DNA from: an uncultured delta proteobacterium
GTDB taxonomy: Bacteria > Myxococcota_A > Polyangia > Polyangiales > JAFGIB01
Direction: 5' to 3'
Length of the DNA: 64,000 nucleotides
NCBI GenBank assembly: GCA_963778655.1
Contig: CAVZVA010000012.1
Coordinates: 128,001-192,000, forward strand
The notes beneath the pieces were generated by a model. The model did no database searches. It saw nothing but the letters and a program-made list of their open reading frames with translations, and had not been told where the DNA came from. A program made the translations under genes and the position numbers. Within the stretch, counting starts at the first letter, position 1, and each line of letters starts with the position of its first letter. Shown here in pieces: positions 30,316 through 41,825 of the stretch.

Positions 30316-30718
30316 GCCTGCGCGCAAACCTGGCCACTCCACGCCAGTGGCGGGACGCAAGTGCTCGCGATCATTGCACTCCGACCACTCGGGCCGAGCG
30401 ACGGCCGGCCGGGCCCACGTGGCAGCGCACCGCGTCCTCCGGCCGGTCTGGACTGCACCGGCCGGAGGACGAGGCACTGGTGGTGGTGTCGGTGGTGGAG
30501 GTCGCGTGAGCGAACGGTGAACGGTCTTTCCGTCTTGGCCCGCCCGACTCGCGCAACGGGGCGCTCGGTAGCCCCCGTCGAGAGGAGTTGACTATGGAAT
30601 CGAGGCGACCGCAAGCCGGCAGTGGGCCCTCAGCCTGGCGAGGCCTCGAACTGTGAGCTTTTGCTTGCACTTCCGGCCCGCCCATCCCGGGGGGGACCGC
30701 CCGCCGCGGGCCCGGCGC

Positions 30719-32289
<1,571 letters not shown>

Positions 32290-32379
32290 CGTTGCCGCCC
32301 GCTCTGGATCTCGCCGAGGCCGGGGCCCAGCGGGGGGCTCATCCATGGTAGGATGGCGCCCGCGGAGCGTCCTTTTCCA

Positions 32380-32991
32380 ATGCTCACACTCGGTCTTCTC
32401 GCCTCACACCGCGGAAGCAACGCCCGCGCCGTGGTCGAGGCCTGCCGCTCGCAGCAGCTCCAGGCTCGTCCGGGCGTGGTGATCAGCAACAACGCGAAGT
32501 CGGAGGTGCTCGAGCTCGCGAAGTCGGTGGGCGTGCCCGCGCTGCGGATCGGGGGCCCCGCCTACGAAGACGACGCCGTGCGCGACCAGGCGATCCTGGC
32601 CGCCTTGCAGTCTCACGGGGTCGAGCTGGTGCTGTTGCTCGGCTACATGAAGCTGCTCGGACCGCGCACGGTCGAGGCCTACCGCGGGCGCATCCTCAAC
32701 ACGCATCCGGCGCTGCTGCCGAAGTTCGGCGGCAAGGGCATGTACGGGAGCCGTGTGCACCAGGCGGTTCTCGACGCGGGCGAGAAGGAGACCGGCGTGA
32801 CGGTCCACCTGGTCGACGAGCGCTACGACCACGGTCCCACCGTCGCCCAGACCCGGGTGCCCGTGCTCCCGGGGGATTCGGTCGAGTCGCTGGCCGAGCG
32901 CGTGATCACGCGCGAGCGCGCGTTCGTGGTCGAAACGCTCCAGCGCATCGTCGGCGCAGAGATCGCGTTGCCGGGTTTGCAGCGGTCGTAG
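32380..32991 (+). CDS. purN: Phosphoribosylglycinamide formyltransferase
   Basis: LASHRGSN, LLGYMKLL, ILNTHPALLPKFGG, TGVTVHLVDERYDHGP. Confidence 0.9.
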   Translation: MLTLGLLASHRGSNARAVVEACRSQQLQARPGVVISNNAKSEVLELAKSVGVPALRIGGPAYEDDAVRDQAILAALQSHGVELVLLLGYMKLLGPRTVEAYRGRILNTHPALLPKFGGKGMYGSRVHQAVLDAGEKETGVTVHLVDERYDHGPTVAQTRVPVLPGDSVESLAERVITRERAFVVETLQRIVGAEIALPGLQRS

Positions 32992-33052
32992 ACCCCGACC
33001 CGCCGGCCGCTCGGGACGCGTTCTGGAGCGAGGCCTGCGGCCATCTGTCTCC

Positions 33053-33098
33053 TTGCGCTATACGCATCGGTCGCCCCATCATGTTGCGGTCTTCGCAA
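33053..33098. promoter_or_regulatory. Second IlvY-type tandem operator, upstream of ilvY
   Basis: TTGCGCTATACGCAT-N16-TTGCGGTCTTCGCAA, same 31-bp spacing as 32244-32289. Confidence 0.6.
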
Positions 33099-33109
33099 CT
33101 CAGCTTGCC

Positions 33110-33991
33110 GTGGATCTCGACGCCCTGCGCCACTTCCTGCACCTCTCGCGAAGCCTGCACTTCGGGCAGACCAGCCGCGAGCAGCACATCAGCCCGTCCG
33201 CGCTCAGCCGTTGCATCCAGCGCCTCGAGCAGGAGCTCGGCGCCGTGCTGCTGCGGCGCGACAACCGCCGCGTCGAGCTGACCGCGGCCGGGGTCCAGCT
33301 CCAGCGCTACGCCAGCGAGACCCTGGCCGCCTTCGACCGCATGCGCGAGCAGCTCCACGGTGATCCTCGTTCCCTGCGCGGCACCCTCTCGCTGTTTTGC
33401 TCCGTCACTGCCGCGCACAGCTTCCTGCCCTCCCTGCTCGGCCGCTTTCGCCAGGCCTATCCCGACGTCACCATCCGTCTCGACACCGGCGACGCCGTCA
33501 GCGCGCTCGCCGTGCTGCGTCAGGATCGTGTCGACGTCAGCGTGGCGGCGCTGCCCGAGCGGGTGCCGGCGTCGCTGCTCGCGCGCGTCATCACCTACAC
33601 GCCGCTGCTGTTCGTCGCGCCGCGCGCCGAGTGCGAGGTCAGCCGCATGGTCGAGCGCGATCCGATCGACTGGGCGGCCGTGCCCATGATCCTGCCCGAG
33701 GCCGGCCTGGCCCGGCAGAGCGTCGACCGCTGGTTTCGCGCCCGGCGCGTCTCCGCGCGGGTGTACGGCGAGGCGCTCGGCAACGAGGCCGCCCTCTCCC
33801 TGGTCAGCCTCGGCTGCGGGGTCGGCATCGTCCCCGGCCTGGTCATGGAAAAGAGCCCGCTCCGCAGTCAGGTGCGCAGCCTCGACGTGCGACCGCGGCT
33901 GCCCGATTTCCGCGTCGGCCTGTGCACCAAGCGCAAGAACCTCGCTTCGCCTATCGTGCGCGCGTTCTGGGAATCGATTTCGGAGGGCTGA
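33110..33991 (+). CDS. ilvY: LysR-family transcriptional activator IlvY
   Basis: FLHLSRSLHFGQTS...SPSALSRCIQRLE, RDNRRVELT, LFCSVTAA, LDTGDA; near ilvC. Confidence 0.85.
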   Translation: MDLDALRHFLHLSRSLHFGQTSREQHISPSALSRCIQRLEQELGAVLLRRDNRRVELTAAGVQLQRYASETLAAFDRMREQLHGDPRSLRGTLSLFCSVTAAHSFLPSLLGRFRQAYPDVTIRLDTGDAVSALAVLRQDRVDVSVAALPERVPASLLARVITYTPLLFVAPRAECEVSRMVERDPIDWAAVPMILPEAGLARQSVDRWFRARRVSARVYGEALGNEAALSLVSLGCGVGIVPGLVMEKSPLRSQVRSLDVRPRLPDFRVGLCTKRKNLASPIVRAFWESISEG

Positions 33992-34011
33992 TTTGCTACA
34001 ACCTCGGTTGC

Positions 34012-34863
34012 ATGCGGCGCGTCGGCATTTCGAGCGGTGCGCCTTGGGAAGCCAAGGTGGGCTATGCACGGCTGGTCAAGCTGGGCAGGCAGATCTATGT
34101 CAGCGGCACGACCGCGCTCGATCCCGACGGCGAGCTGGTCGGCGTCGGCGATGCCTACGTGCAGACCGTGCAATGCCTGCGCAATATCGAGCACGCGTTG
34201 CAGCAGGTGGGCTCGGGTTTGTGGGACGTGGTCCGCACGCGCATGTTCGTCATCGATATCACGCGCGACTTCGACTTGATCGGGCGAGCACACGCCGAGC
34301 TGCTCGGCGCGGTCAAACCGGCCACCAGCATGCTGCAGATCAGCGCGCTGGTCGATCCGCGCATGCTGATCGAGATCGAAGCCGACGCGGTGCTGGGCGC
34401 GGGCCACGGCGCAGCCGGCGAGCGGCCGCGCATCGCGCTGGCCACGATCGAGCCCGACTCGGACCTGGCCGCGATGCTCGCGTCGGTCGACCTGCCCCTG
34501 CCGGCCGAGGGTGATTCCGTCACCATGCTCAAGGCGTACCTGGGCGGCGAGCTGGTCGGCTGCGTCGGTTATGGGCGACACGGCAGCAATGCCGTGCTGC
34601 ACTCGCTGGTCGTCATCCGCGAGGCCAAGGGTGAAGGCGTGGGGCGCGCCCTGGTGCATAGCGTGGTCGAGCGGCTGCGCCGGGCCGGCGTGGGGCACGT
34701 CTACCTCGCCACCACCGACACGGCGCGCTACTTCGGCTATCTCGGCTTCACGCCGGTGGCCCGTGAGGCGATCGCGCCGGAGCTGCTGGCGTCGCCGGAG
34801 CTCGCCCAGTACGCCGACGGCGAGGCCACCTTCATGCGCTACACGATCGCCCCCGGCGGGTAG
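34012..34863 (+). CDS. RidA/YjgF-family domain fused to a GNAT acetyltransferase domain
   Basis: SSGAPWEAKVGYAR, VSGTTA, VVRTRMFV, LIEIEADA; then LHSLVVIREAKGEGVGRALV and YLATTDTARYF...GF. Confidence 0.82.
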   Translation: MRRVGISSGAPWEAKVGYARLVKLGRQIYVSGTTALDPDGELVGVGDAYVQTVQCLRNIEHALQQVGSGLWDVVRTRMFVIDITRDFDLIGRAHAELLGAVKPATSMLQISALVDPRMLIEIEADAVLGAGHGAAGERPRIALATIEPDSDLAAMLASVDLPLPAEGDSVTMLKAYLGGELVGCVGYGRHGSNAVLHSLVVIREAKGEGVGRALVHSVVERLRRAGVGHVYLATTDTARYFGYLGFTPVAREAIAPELLASPELAQYADGEATFMRYTIAPGG

Positions 34864-34873
34864 TGCACTAGCC

Positions 34874-36130
34874 GTGAAGATCGTCCACGCGGCCGACCTG
34901 CACATCGACAGCCCGTTGCGCGGCCTGTTGCGCTACGAGGGAGCGCCGGTTTCGGAGCTGCGCAACGCCACGCGTCGCGCCTTCGAGAACCTGATCGGGC
35001 TGTGCCTGCGGGAGCAGGCCTCGCTGCTGTTGCTCGCCGGAGACCTGTTCGACGGCGACTGGAGGGACTACTCGACGGGCTTGTTCTTCGCCGCGCAGAT
35101 GACCCGCTTGCGGGAGGCGGGCGTCGCGGTGGTGAGCTTGCGCGGCAACCACGACGCCCAGAGCCAGATCAGCAAGGAGCTGCGACTGCCCGAAAATGTG
35201 CAAGAGCTGTCCACGCGCAAGCCGCAGAGCGTGCTGTTCGAGCAGCTCGGCGTGGCCGTGCACGGCCAGGGCTTCGCGCGGCGCGAGGTGCCCGAGGATC
35301 TCGCCGCCGGTTATCCCGCGCCGGTGGCTGGGATGTTCAACGTGGGTCTGTTGCACACCTCGCTCACCGGCCGCCCCGGCCACGCGCCGTACGCGCCGAC
35401 CACGCTCGAGGTGCTGCGCGGCAAGGGCTATGACTACTGGGCGCTCGGCCACGTGCACGCTCGTGAGGTGGTGTGCGAGCAGCCGCTGGTTGTCTTCCCG
35501 GGCAATCTGCAGGGCCGCCACGCGCGCGAGACCGGACCCAAGGGCGCGACGCTGATCGAGCTGCAAGACGGCCGCGCCGAGGCGCGCCACGAGGTGCTCG
35601 ACGCGGTGCGCTGGTGCGTGTGCGAGATCGACGCGAGCGGCGCTGGCTCTGCACACGACGTGGTGGACTTGACGCAAGCCGAGCTCGGGCGCCAGGCCGT
35701 CGAGGCGGGCGGCCGGCTGTTGGCCGCGCGCGTGGTCCTGCACGGCGAGAGCCGCGCGCACGCCGAGCTCGCGCGGGAGCCCGAGCGCTGGCGGGCGGAG
35801 CTCGAGCGCTGCGCGCTCTCGGTCTCCGAGGGTGCGGTCTGGCTCGAGCAGGTGCGTCTGGCCACGCGCGGGCCCCTGCAGGGCGCGGAGCTGGCGGAGC
35901 GCGACGACGCGATCGGACAGCTCGCCGCCGCCCTGCAGGCGCTCGCCGCCGACCCTGCAGCCTGCGCCGAGCTGCCTCTGCTGTTCGCCGAGCTCAAGCG
36001 CAAGCTGCCGCGCGAGGCCACCGAGGGTGAAGACGGCCTGCGCCTCGACGATCCGGCGTTCTTCGCCGCACTGCTGCCGGAGGTGCGCGACCTGCTGCTG
36101 TCGCGCCTGCTCGAGGGAGGCCGCCGGTGA
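34874..36130 (+). CDS. Mre11/SbcD-like metallophosphoesterase nuclease (YhaO-like)
   Basis: HAADLHID, AGDLFD, GNHD, LLHT, ALGHVH, PGNLQGRH..ETGPKG. Confidence 0.9.
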   Translation: MKIVHAADLHIDSPLRGLLRYEGAPVSELRNATRRAFENLIGLCLREQASLLLLAGDLFDGDWRDYSTGLFFAAQMTRLREAGVAVVSLRGNHDAQSQISKELRLPENVQELSTRKPQSVLFEQLGVAVHGQGFARREVPEDLAAGYPAPVAGMFNVGLLHTSLTGRPGHAPYAPTTLEVLRGKGYDYWALGHVHAREVVCEQPLVVFPGNLQGRHARETGPKGATLIELQDGRAEARHEVLDAVRWCVCEIDASGAGSAHDVVDLTQAELGRQAVEAGGRLLAARVVLHGESRAHAELAREPERWRAELERCALSVSEGAVWLEQVRLATRGPLQGAELAERDDAIGQLAAALQALAADPAACAELPLLFAELKRKLPREATEGEDGLRLDDPAFFAALLPEVRDLLLSRLLEGGRR

Positions 36131-39100
36131 GGCTGCTCGAGCTCAGGCTGCTCGCTTACGGCGCGTTCACCGATCTGCAGCTCGACTTCTCGCGTCCGGC
36201 GCCGGCCTTGCATCTGATCTACGGGCCGAACGAAGCCGGCAAGAGCACGACCCTGCGCGCGATCCTGGGTCTGCTCTACGGCATCGACGAGCGCACTTCG
36301 GACGCCTATCTGCACCGGCGCGAGCAGCTGCGGATCGGCGGCCGCCTGCGCGACGCGGCGGGCCACGAGCTCAGCTGCGTGCGGCGCAAGGGCAAGAAGG
36401 ACACCCTGCTCGGCCCGAACGGCAAGCCAATCGACGAGGCGCGGCTCTCGCGCATGCTGGGCGGCCTGCCCGAGGCCGTGTTCGTCGGCATGTTCGGCCT
36501 CGACCACGAACGGCTGCGCAAGGGCGGCGAGCAGCTGCGGCTGGGCCAGGGCGACCTCGGGGAGAGCCTGTTTCAGGCGGGGCTCGGCGCGCGCGGCATC
36601 CACGAGGCGCTGGGCGCGCTCGACGCCGAGGCCGGCGCGCTGTTCGCGCCGCGCGGCCGCCGCGCCTTGAACGAGGCGCTCAAGAGCTACGAGGACGCGC
36701 GCCGGCGCGTGCGCGACCACGCCAAGCGCGCGGAGGGTTTCCGCGCGCAGGAGCAAGAGCTGGAGCAGGCGAAGGCGCGTGCCGCGGAGCTGCACGAGCA
36801 GCGCCGCGCCCTGCTCGCCGAGCAGAGCCGGCTGCAGCGCGCGCAGCGCGTGGTGCCGCGCCTGGCCAAGCGGGCTGCGCTGCTACAGCGGCGCGCCGAG
36901 CTCGGCGACGTGGTGCCGCTGCCGCCCGGCGCCGAGCAGGAGCGCAGGCGCGCGCAGGCTGCGCTCGCGCACAGCGAGACGCAGGCGGCTTGGCTGCAGG
37001 CGGCGATCGACCGGCTGGAGAAGAGCCGAGCCGGCCTGCGCGTGGTCGAGTCACTGCTGGGCCTGAGCCCGGAGCCGGTCGCCGAGATCCGCATGCGGCT
37101 CGGAAGCCAGCTCAAGGCCGAGAAGGATCTGCCCGGGCGGCGCGCCGAGCTGCGCGTGCTCGAGCAGCGCGCGCTCGCGCTGCTGCGCTCGCTCGGCAGC
37201 GAACAGCCTCTCGAAGGCGTCGAGCAGCTGCGCGTCGACGTGCAGACCCAGACCCGCATCAGGCAGCTCGCGCACGAGCGCAGTGGCCTGCACGAGCGCG
37301 CGCAGGCCGCGCAGCGCGAGATCGAGGAGGCCGACGCCGCGTTCGAGCAGGCGCGCGCTGAGCTGGCCGCGCTGCCCGCGCTGCCCGGCGCCGGCCCGCC
37401 TGTGTTGGACGCTGCCACGCTGCCGAGCGGGAGCGCCGTGGCCGAGCTGCGCGAGGGCTTCGAGCGCATCGAGCACAGGCGCGGCTCGCAGCAGCAAGCG
37501 CAGGCGAAGCTCGAAGCGCGTGAGGCCCGCGTGCGGCTGGAGCTCGGTGCGATGCAGCGCGAGGGGCCGCCGCCGACCGAGGCCGAGCTGGAGGCGGCGC
37601 GCACACAGCGCGGCGAGCTGTGGCAGGGAGTACGCACCGCGATCTCGTCCGCGGCCGCGCCCGAGCCCACGCTGTTGCTGCAGTTCGAGCACGAGCAGCG
37701 CCGCGCCGACGAGCTGGCCGACCGCCTGCGCCGCGAGACCCGCCGCGTCTCGGAGCTGGCGCGTCTGCTGAGCGAGCGCGACGAGCTCGAACGGGAGCGC
37801 GCGCAGCTACGAATGCAGGCGGACGCGCTCGCGCAGGAGCAGGCCGCGCTGGCCCGGCAATGGCAGCAGGCGTGGGAACCGCTGCGCGTGCGTCCGCGCG
37901 CACCGGCGGAGATGCAGGCATTGCTCGGACGCGTGGCCGCGCAGTTGGAGGCCGGAGAGCGCGGGCGCGCCAAGGCGCAGCACAGGCAAGAGCTGGCCCG
38001 GCAGACGTTCGCGCGCTGGCAGGCGCAGTGGAGCGAGCTGATGGCGCGGCTGGGGCTGCGGGCCGACGCCAGCGTCGAGGAAGCCCAAGCCGTGCTCGAG
38101 GGCCTCGGCCGTCTATTCGCCGACGTCGACGGCATGCGCCAGCTCGAGCAGCGCATCGCGAAGATGGAGCGCGACGCCGAGCAGTTCGAGCGCGACGTGC
38201 GCGGGCTGGTCGCGCGGCACCTGCCCGAGCTCGGCGAGCTCGAGCCGGCGCGCGCTGCCGAGGAGCTCAGCCGGCGCTGCGACGAGGCGCGCACCAACCT
38301 GCAGCAACGCGAGCGCATCGACGAGGAGCTGCGCTCCAGCCGCGAGCGGCTCGCTGCGCTGCAAGCGCAGGCGGCCGAGGCGCGCCGCAATCTCGAGCTG
38401 CTGATGCACGCGGCCCACGTGGACGACATCGACGCGCTCGAGCCGGCCGAACGTCGAGCGCTCGAGGCCCGTGCCATCGAGCAGGAGCTGGTCGAGGTCG
38501 AGGACGAGCTGCTGCGGCAAGGCGAAGGTGCGGGCATCGAGGCGCTGATCGCGGAGACGGCCGTCTTCGACCGTGACCTGATCCGGGTGCGGCTCGAGGA
38601 CATCGCGGACGAGCTCGAGCGCGTCCACGACGAGCACGCCACCGCCGTACACCGCAGCGGCAGCCTGGAGAATGGGCTCGAGCTGCTCAAGCGCGACGAC
38701 GTCGCTGCCGAGGCGGCCTCCGAGGCCGAACAGCATCTGAGCCGGGTCAAGGCGCACGCCCACGGCTACGTTCGCAAACGACTGGCAGCCGAGCTCCTGC
38801 GCCGAGAGATGCGCCGCTACCGCGACGCCAACCAGGAGCCGCTGGTCGGCCGGGCCGCCGAGCTGTTCGCGCGCATGACGCTGGGCCGCTACCCCAAGCT
38901 GGTCGTAGACTACGGCGAGCACGACGAGCCAGCGCTGGTGTGCGTCGAGGCGCAAGGCAAGGCGGTGAAGGTCGAGGATTCTCAGCGAGGGCGCCCGCGA
39001 TCAGCTCTACCTCGCGCTGCGGGTCGCCAGCATCGAGCGCTTCGCTGCCCAGGTCGAGCCGATGCCGCTGGTGCTCGACGATGTGTTGATCGAGTTCGAC

Positions 39101-39280
39101 GATGAGCGCGCGCGGGCCGCGTTGCAGGTGTTGGGCGACCTGGCCGCCACCACCCAGGTGTTGTTTTTCACGCACCACGCGCGCATCGTCGAGCTCGCGC
39201 GCGAGACGCTGCCGGGGGCCGAGCTGGTCGAGCACCACCTCAGCGAGGAGCGCGTCCCGGCCCGCCTGGCGCTGGACTAG
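36127..39280 (+). pseudogene. YhaN-like SMC/Rad50-type ATPase split by a frameshift at about 38980 (pseudogene or sequence error)
   Basis: Walker A GPNEAGKST and a long coiled coil; signature LSEGARDQLYLALR and Walker B LVLDD lie in the next frame after GAG GAT T CTC. Confidence 0.8.
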
Positions 39281-39442
39281 TGCAGCGTCCGCGACATGGG
39301 ATCAAGGGATCGTGAGTGAGGTGGGTCCGAGCGCAAGGCGCCGCAGCGCAGGAATACTCCGTGTATTTCAAGCTGTGGCAACGCCGCGATCGGGCCCGCA
39401 TCGCTCGCGAGGATTGATGCTATCTCGCGGACGCTGCACTGG
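39277..39442. mobile_element. Small palindromic MITE/RPE-like element, copy 2
   Basis: Perfect 16-bp inverted repeat AGTGCAGCGTCCGCGA (39279-39294 / 39425-39440), long imperfect internal stem, core GGAATACTCCGTGTATTTCAAG. Confidence 0.65.
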
Positions 39443-40499
39443 TGCTCTGACTGGCCTGCTGCTGCTCGAAGCGTCGCAGCAGCGCGCAGTACCGCATCTC
39501 GCCGGCCTCGCAGGCGCGCCGGAAGTAGTCGGCCGCGCGCGCGGGGTCGCGATCGGCGCCGAAACCGAGCTGATGACCGACGCCGGCGTTGCCGCAGCCG
39601 CGGCCATCGCCGAGCGTGCAGCCGCGGATGTTCCACATCTGCGCGAGCTTGGCGTTGCGCTCCACGCCTTCTCCGCTGGCGTACATCTCGCCGAGCAAGC
39701 TGCAGCCGCGCCCCAGCTCCAGCATGCAGGCGCTGTGGAATAGCTCCGAAGCGTGCTTGGGATCACGCGCGACGCCGTCGCCACGCCGCAGCATCATCCC
39801 GAGGTTCACGCAGCCCAGACCGTCGCCGGCCTTGCAACCGCTTTCCGAGTAGCCGTACGCGCGCGCCGCGTCGCGCGCCACGAACGTGCCGGTCAGGTAG
39901 AGCGAGCCCAAGCGGCTGCAGGCGCGGGCGGCGTTTCCATCGCACGCGCTGCGAAACAGGTCGACCGCGCGAGAGATGTCGCGCGGCACGGCCTGGCCTT
40001 CCTGGTACATCAGGCCGAGCTGCGCGCAGCCGTCTTCTTGATGGCGGTCGCACGCGCGCGCGTAGAGCTCGAAAGCCTGCTCCAGCTCGGGGCTGTTGCC
40101 CGCGCCCGCGCGGCCGGCGCGAAGCTTGTCACCGAGCGCGACACAGCTTGCGAGATCCCCGCCGTCGCAGCGGGTGCGCAGCTCACCGGCGTCTGCCTTG
40201 GGAGAAGCGGCGCGCCGCGCTGGCTGCGCTGGCGGGGCGGGCGCTTGCGCGGGCGCGGCGCTCTTGGGCGCGGGCTTCGCCGCCCGGTTGGAGCTGGAGA
40301 CTTCGCCGCGAGCGTGGCGCGCGGTGCCCGGTCCGCAGCCTGCGGCCACGCCCGCGAGCACCAGCACGGTCGCGCAGCGGCCGACACGGCTCGAACGGTT
40401 CACGCCGGCAATTCTCGCTCGCGCGGCGAACGCTGACCAGAACCACACCTGTGCGATCGTGGGTGCCCTGCGCATACTCTCGGTGTTCATACTCCCCAT
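39420..40499 (-). CDS. Sel1-like repeat (probable lipo)protein
   Basis: Repeated AC..G...GC..LG.MY..G.GV.RD units; lipobox-like AAGC; start uncertain. Confidence 0.8.
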   Translation of the reverse strand: MGSMNTESMRRAPTIAQVWFWSAFAARARIAGVNRSSRVGRCATVLVLAGVAAGCGPGTARHARGEVSSSNRAAKPAPKSAAPAQAPAPPAQPARRAASPKADAGELRTRCDGGDLASCVALGDKLRAGRAGAGNSPELEQAFELYARACDRHQEDGCAQLGLMYQEGQAVPRDISRAVDLFRSACDGNAARACSRLGSLYLTGTFVARDAARAYGYSESGCKAGDGLGCVNLGMMLRRGDGVARDPKHASELFHSACMLELGRGCSLLGEMYASGEGVERNAKLAQMWNIRGCTLGDGRGCGNAGVGHQLGFGADRDPARAADYFRRACEAGEMRYCALLRRFEQQQASQSTSAASAR

Positions 40500-40553
40500 A
40501 ATGCTTTCAGCTTGTTAGCTTCTAGTCGATCTCGAATACTAGAGCTTAGCTGT

Positions 40554-41393
40554 ATGCGCCGCTGGGCGTTCGATGAGCCAGACACGACCGAGTATGCAGG
40601 CCATGGCACCAACGTCAGTGGCGTGCACTCGGCGTCTACCCGACCCGCTCCTTATGTCGAGGAGCAGGAGCGTGAGAACCGGCTTGTCGGCAGCATTCCG
40701 CTCGACGACCTCGGCGCCGACTTTCAGCCCATCGTCAACCTGCACACCGGCGAGACCCGCGGCTACGAAGTGCTGCCGCGTTGTCGTCGCGAAGGGTTGA
40801 CCGACCCGAGCGAGCTCTTCGCCCGCGCGATGTTCGAGAAGACGGTAGGCGACCTGGGCCGCGCGATTCGCGTCATCGCCACCCGCGAGTGCGCGGGCGC
40901 CGCGCTCTACATCCCCGTCCATCCCGCCGAGCTCAAGGATCGCTTTATCGTGCGGCCCGACGATCCGATCTGCAGGCACGACGCGCCGATCGTGTTGCAG
41001 CTCTCGCAGCCCACTTTGTCAGAGCTGGCGCAGCTGGTCGTCACCGAGCTGCGCGGCCGCAGCGGGGTGGCGTTCGCAATCGACGATCTCGGCGCGGGCC
41101 CCTCCACGCTCAAGCAGCTCGTCGACGTGGAGCCGACAGCCGTGAAGCTTGACCGGGATCTGATCGCGGGGATCGACCGCAGCGTGCGCAAGCAGACCGT
41201 GGTTCGCTTGCTGATCACCATGTGCGAGCAGCTGGGCGCGCACGTGATCGGCAAGGGCATCGACACCGACGCCGAGCTGACCGCCGCGCTCGACTGCGGG
41301 CTCATCTACGGGCAGGGCTACGTGCTGGGCGAGCCTTCCCCGCTGCCCACCATCTCGGCCTGGCCGCCCGGTGCCTCGACGGAAGGCTTCTGA
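40554..41393 (+). CDS. Stand-alone EAL-domain protein, probably degenerate
   Basis: FQPIV, YEVLPR, AIDDLGAG, VKLDR, KGIDT (normally EGVET), GQGY. Confidence 0.8.
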   Translation: MRRWAFDEPDTTEYAGHGTNVSGVHSASTRPAPYVEEQERENRLVGSIPLDDLGADFQPIVNLHTGETRGYEVLPRCRREGLTDPSELFARAMFEKTVGDLGRAIRVIATRECAGAALYIPVHPAELKDRFIVRPDDPICRHDAPIVLQLSQPTLSELAQLVVTELRGRSGVAFAIDDLGAGPSTLKQLVDVEPTAVKLDRDLIAGIDRSVRKQTVVRLLITMCEQLGAHVIGKGIDTDAELTAALDCGLIYGQGYVLGEPSPLPTISAWPPGASTEGF

Positions 41394-41406
41394 AGTAAGC
41401 CTGCTG

Positions 41407-41440
41407 AAAAAAGGAAAGGCGGGCCGAAGCCCGCCTCCCT
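41407..41440 (-). terminator. Intrinsic terminator downstream of the HU gene
   Basis: Minus strand AGGCGGGC-TTCG-GCCCGCCT followed by TTCCTTTTTT. Confidence 0.75.
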
Positions 41441-41504
41441 CAGAAGGCCCGACGCAAACGCCGCCCCCGTGTGCCCCTCGCGGCGAGCGTTTGCGCCGTC
41501 CGGC

Positions 41505-41825
41505 TCAGACCATGTCCTTCATCTTCTTGAGCGGGCGGACTTTGATGACCGTGCGGGCCGGCTTGGCCTTGAACATGGTCTTCTCGCCCGTGAACGGATT
41601 GATGCCCGGGTGTGCAGGTACGGCCTTCTTCTTGACGGTCGTGACCTTGAACAGGCCCGGCAGGGTGAAGGTGCCCGGGCCCTTCTTGCCGATGTGCCGC
41701 TTGATGAGAGTCGTGATCTCGTCCAGCACTGCGGCCGACTGCTTCCTCGACAGCCCGGTGTTGCCGGCGATCTCGGAGAGAATCTGAGTCTTGCTCATCG
41801 GTGATTGGATCGCGCCTTTTGCCAT
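41505..41825 (-). CDS. HU-family (DNABII) DNA-binding protein
   Basis: MSKTQILSEIAGNTGLSRKQ, FTLPGLFK, GINPFTGE...KAKPA; 106 aa, basic. Confidence 0.9.
   Translation of the reverse strand: MAKGAIQSPMSKTQILSEIAGNTGLSRKQSAAVLDEITTLIKRHIGKKGPGTFTLPGLFKVTTVKKKAVPAHPGINPFTGEKTMFKAKPARTVIKVRPLKKMKDMV

Noticed and set aside
30470..30510. His-, Thr-, Trp- or Val-rich leader peptide readings of the (TGG)n tract
   Set aside because: No proximal start codon, no U-tract terminator and no matching biosynthetic gene downstream; retained only as an sRNA candidate
34874..39280. Nuclease plus SMC-like ATPase as a novel defence system
   Set aside because: Matches the widespread YhaO/YhaN (SbcDC-like) pair; no defence-island context
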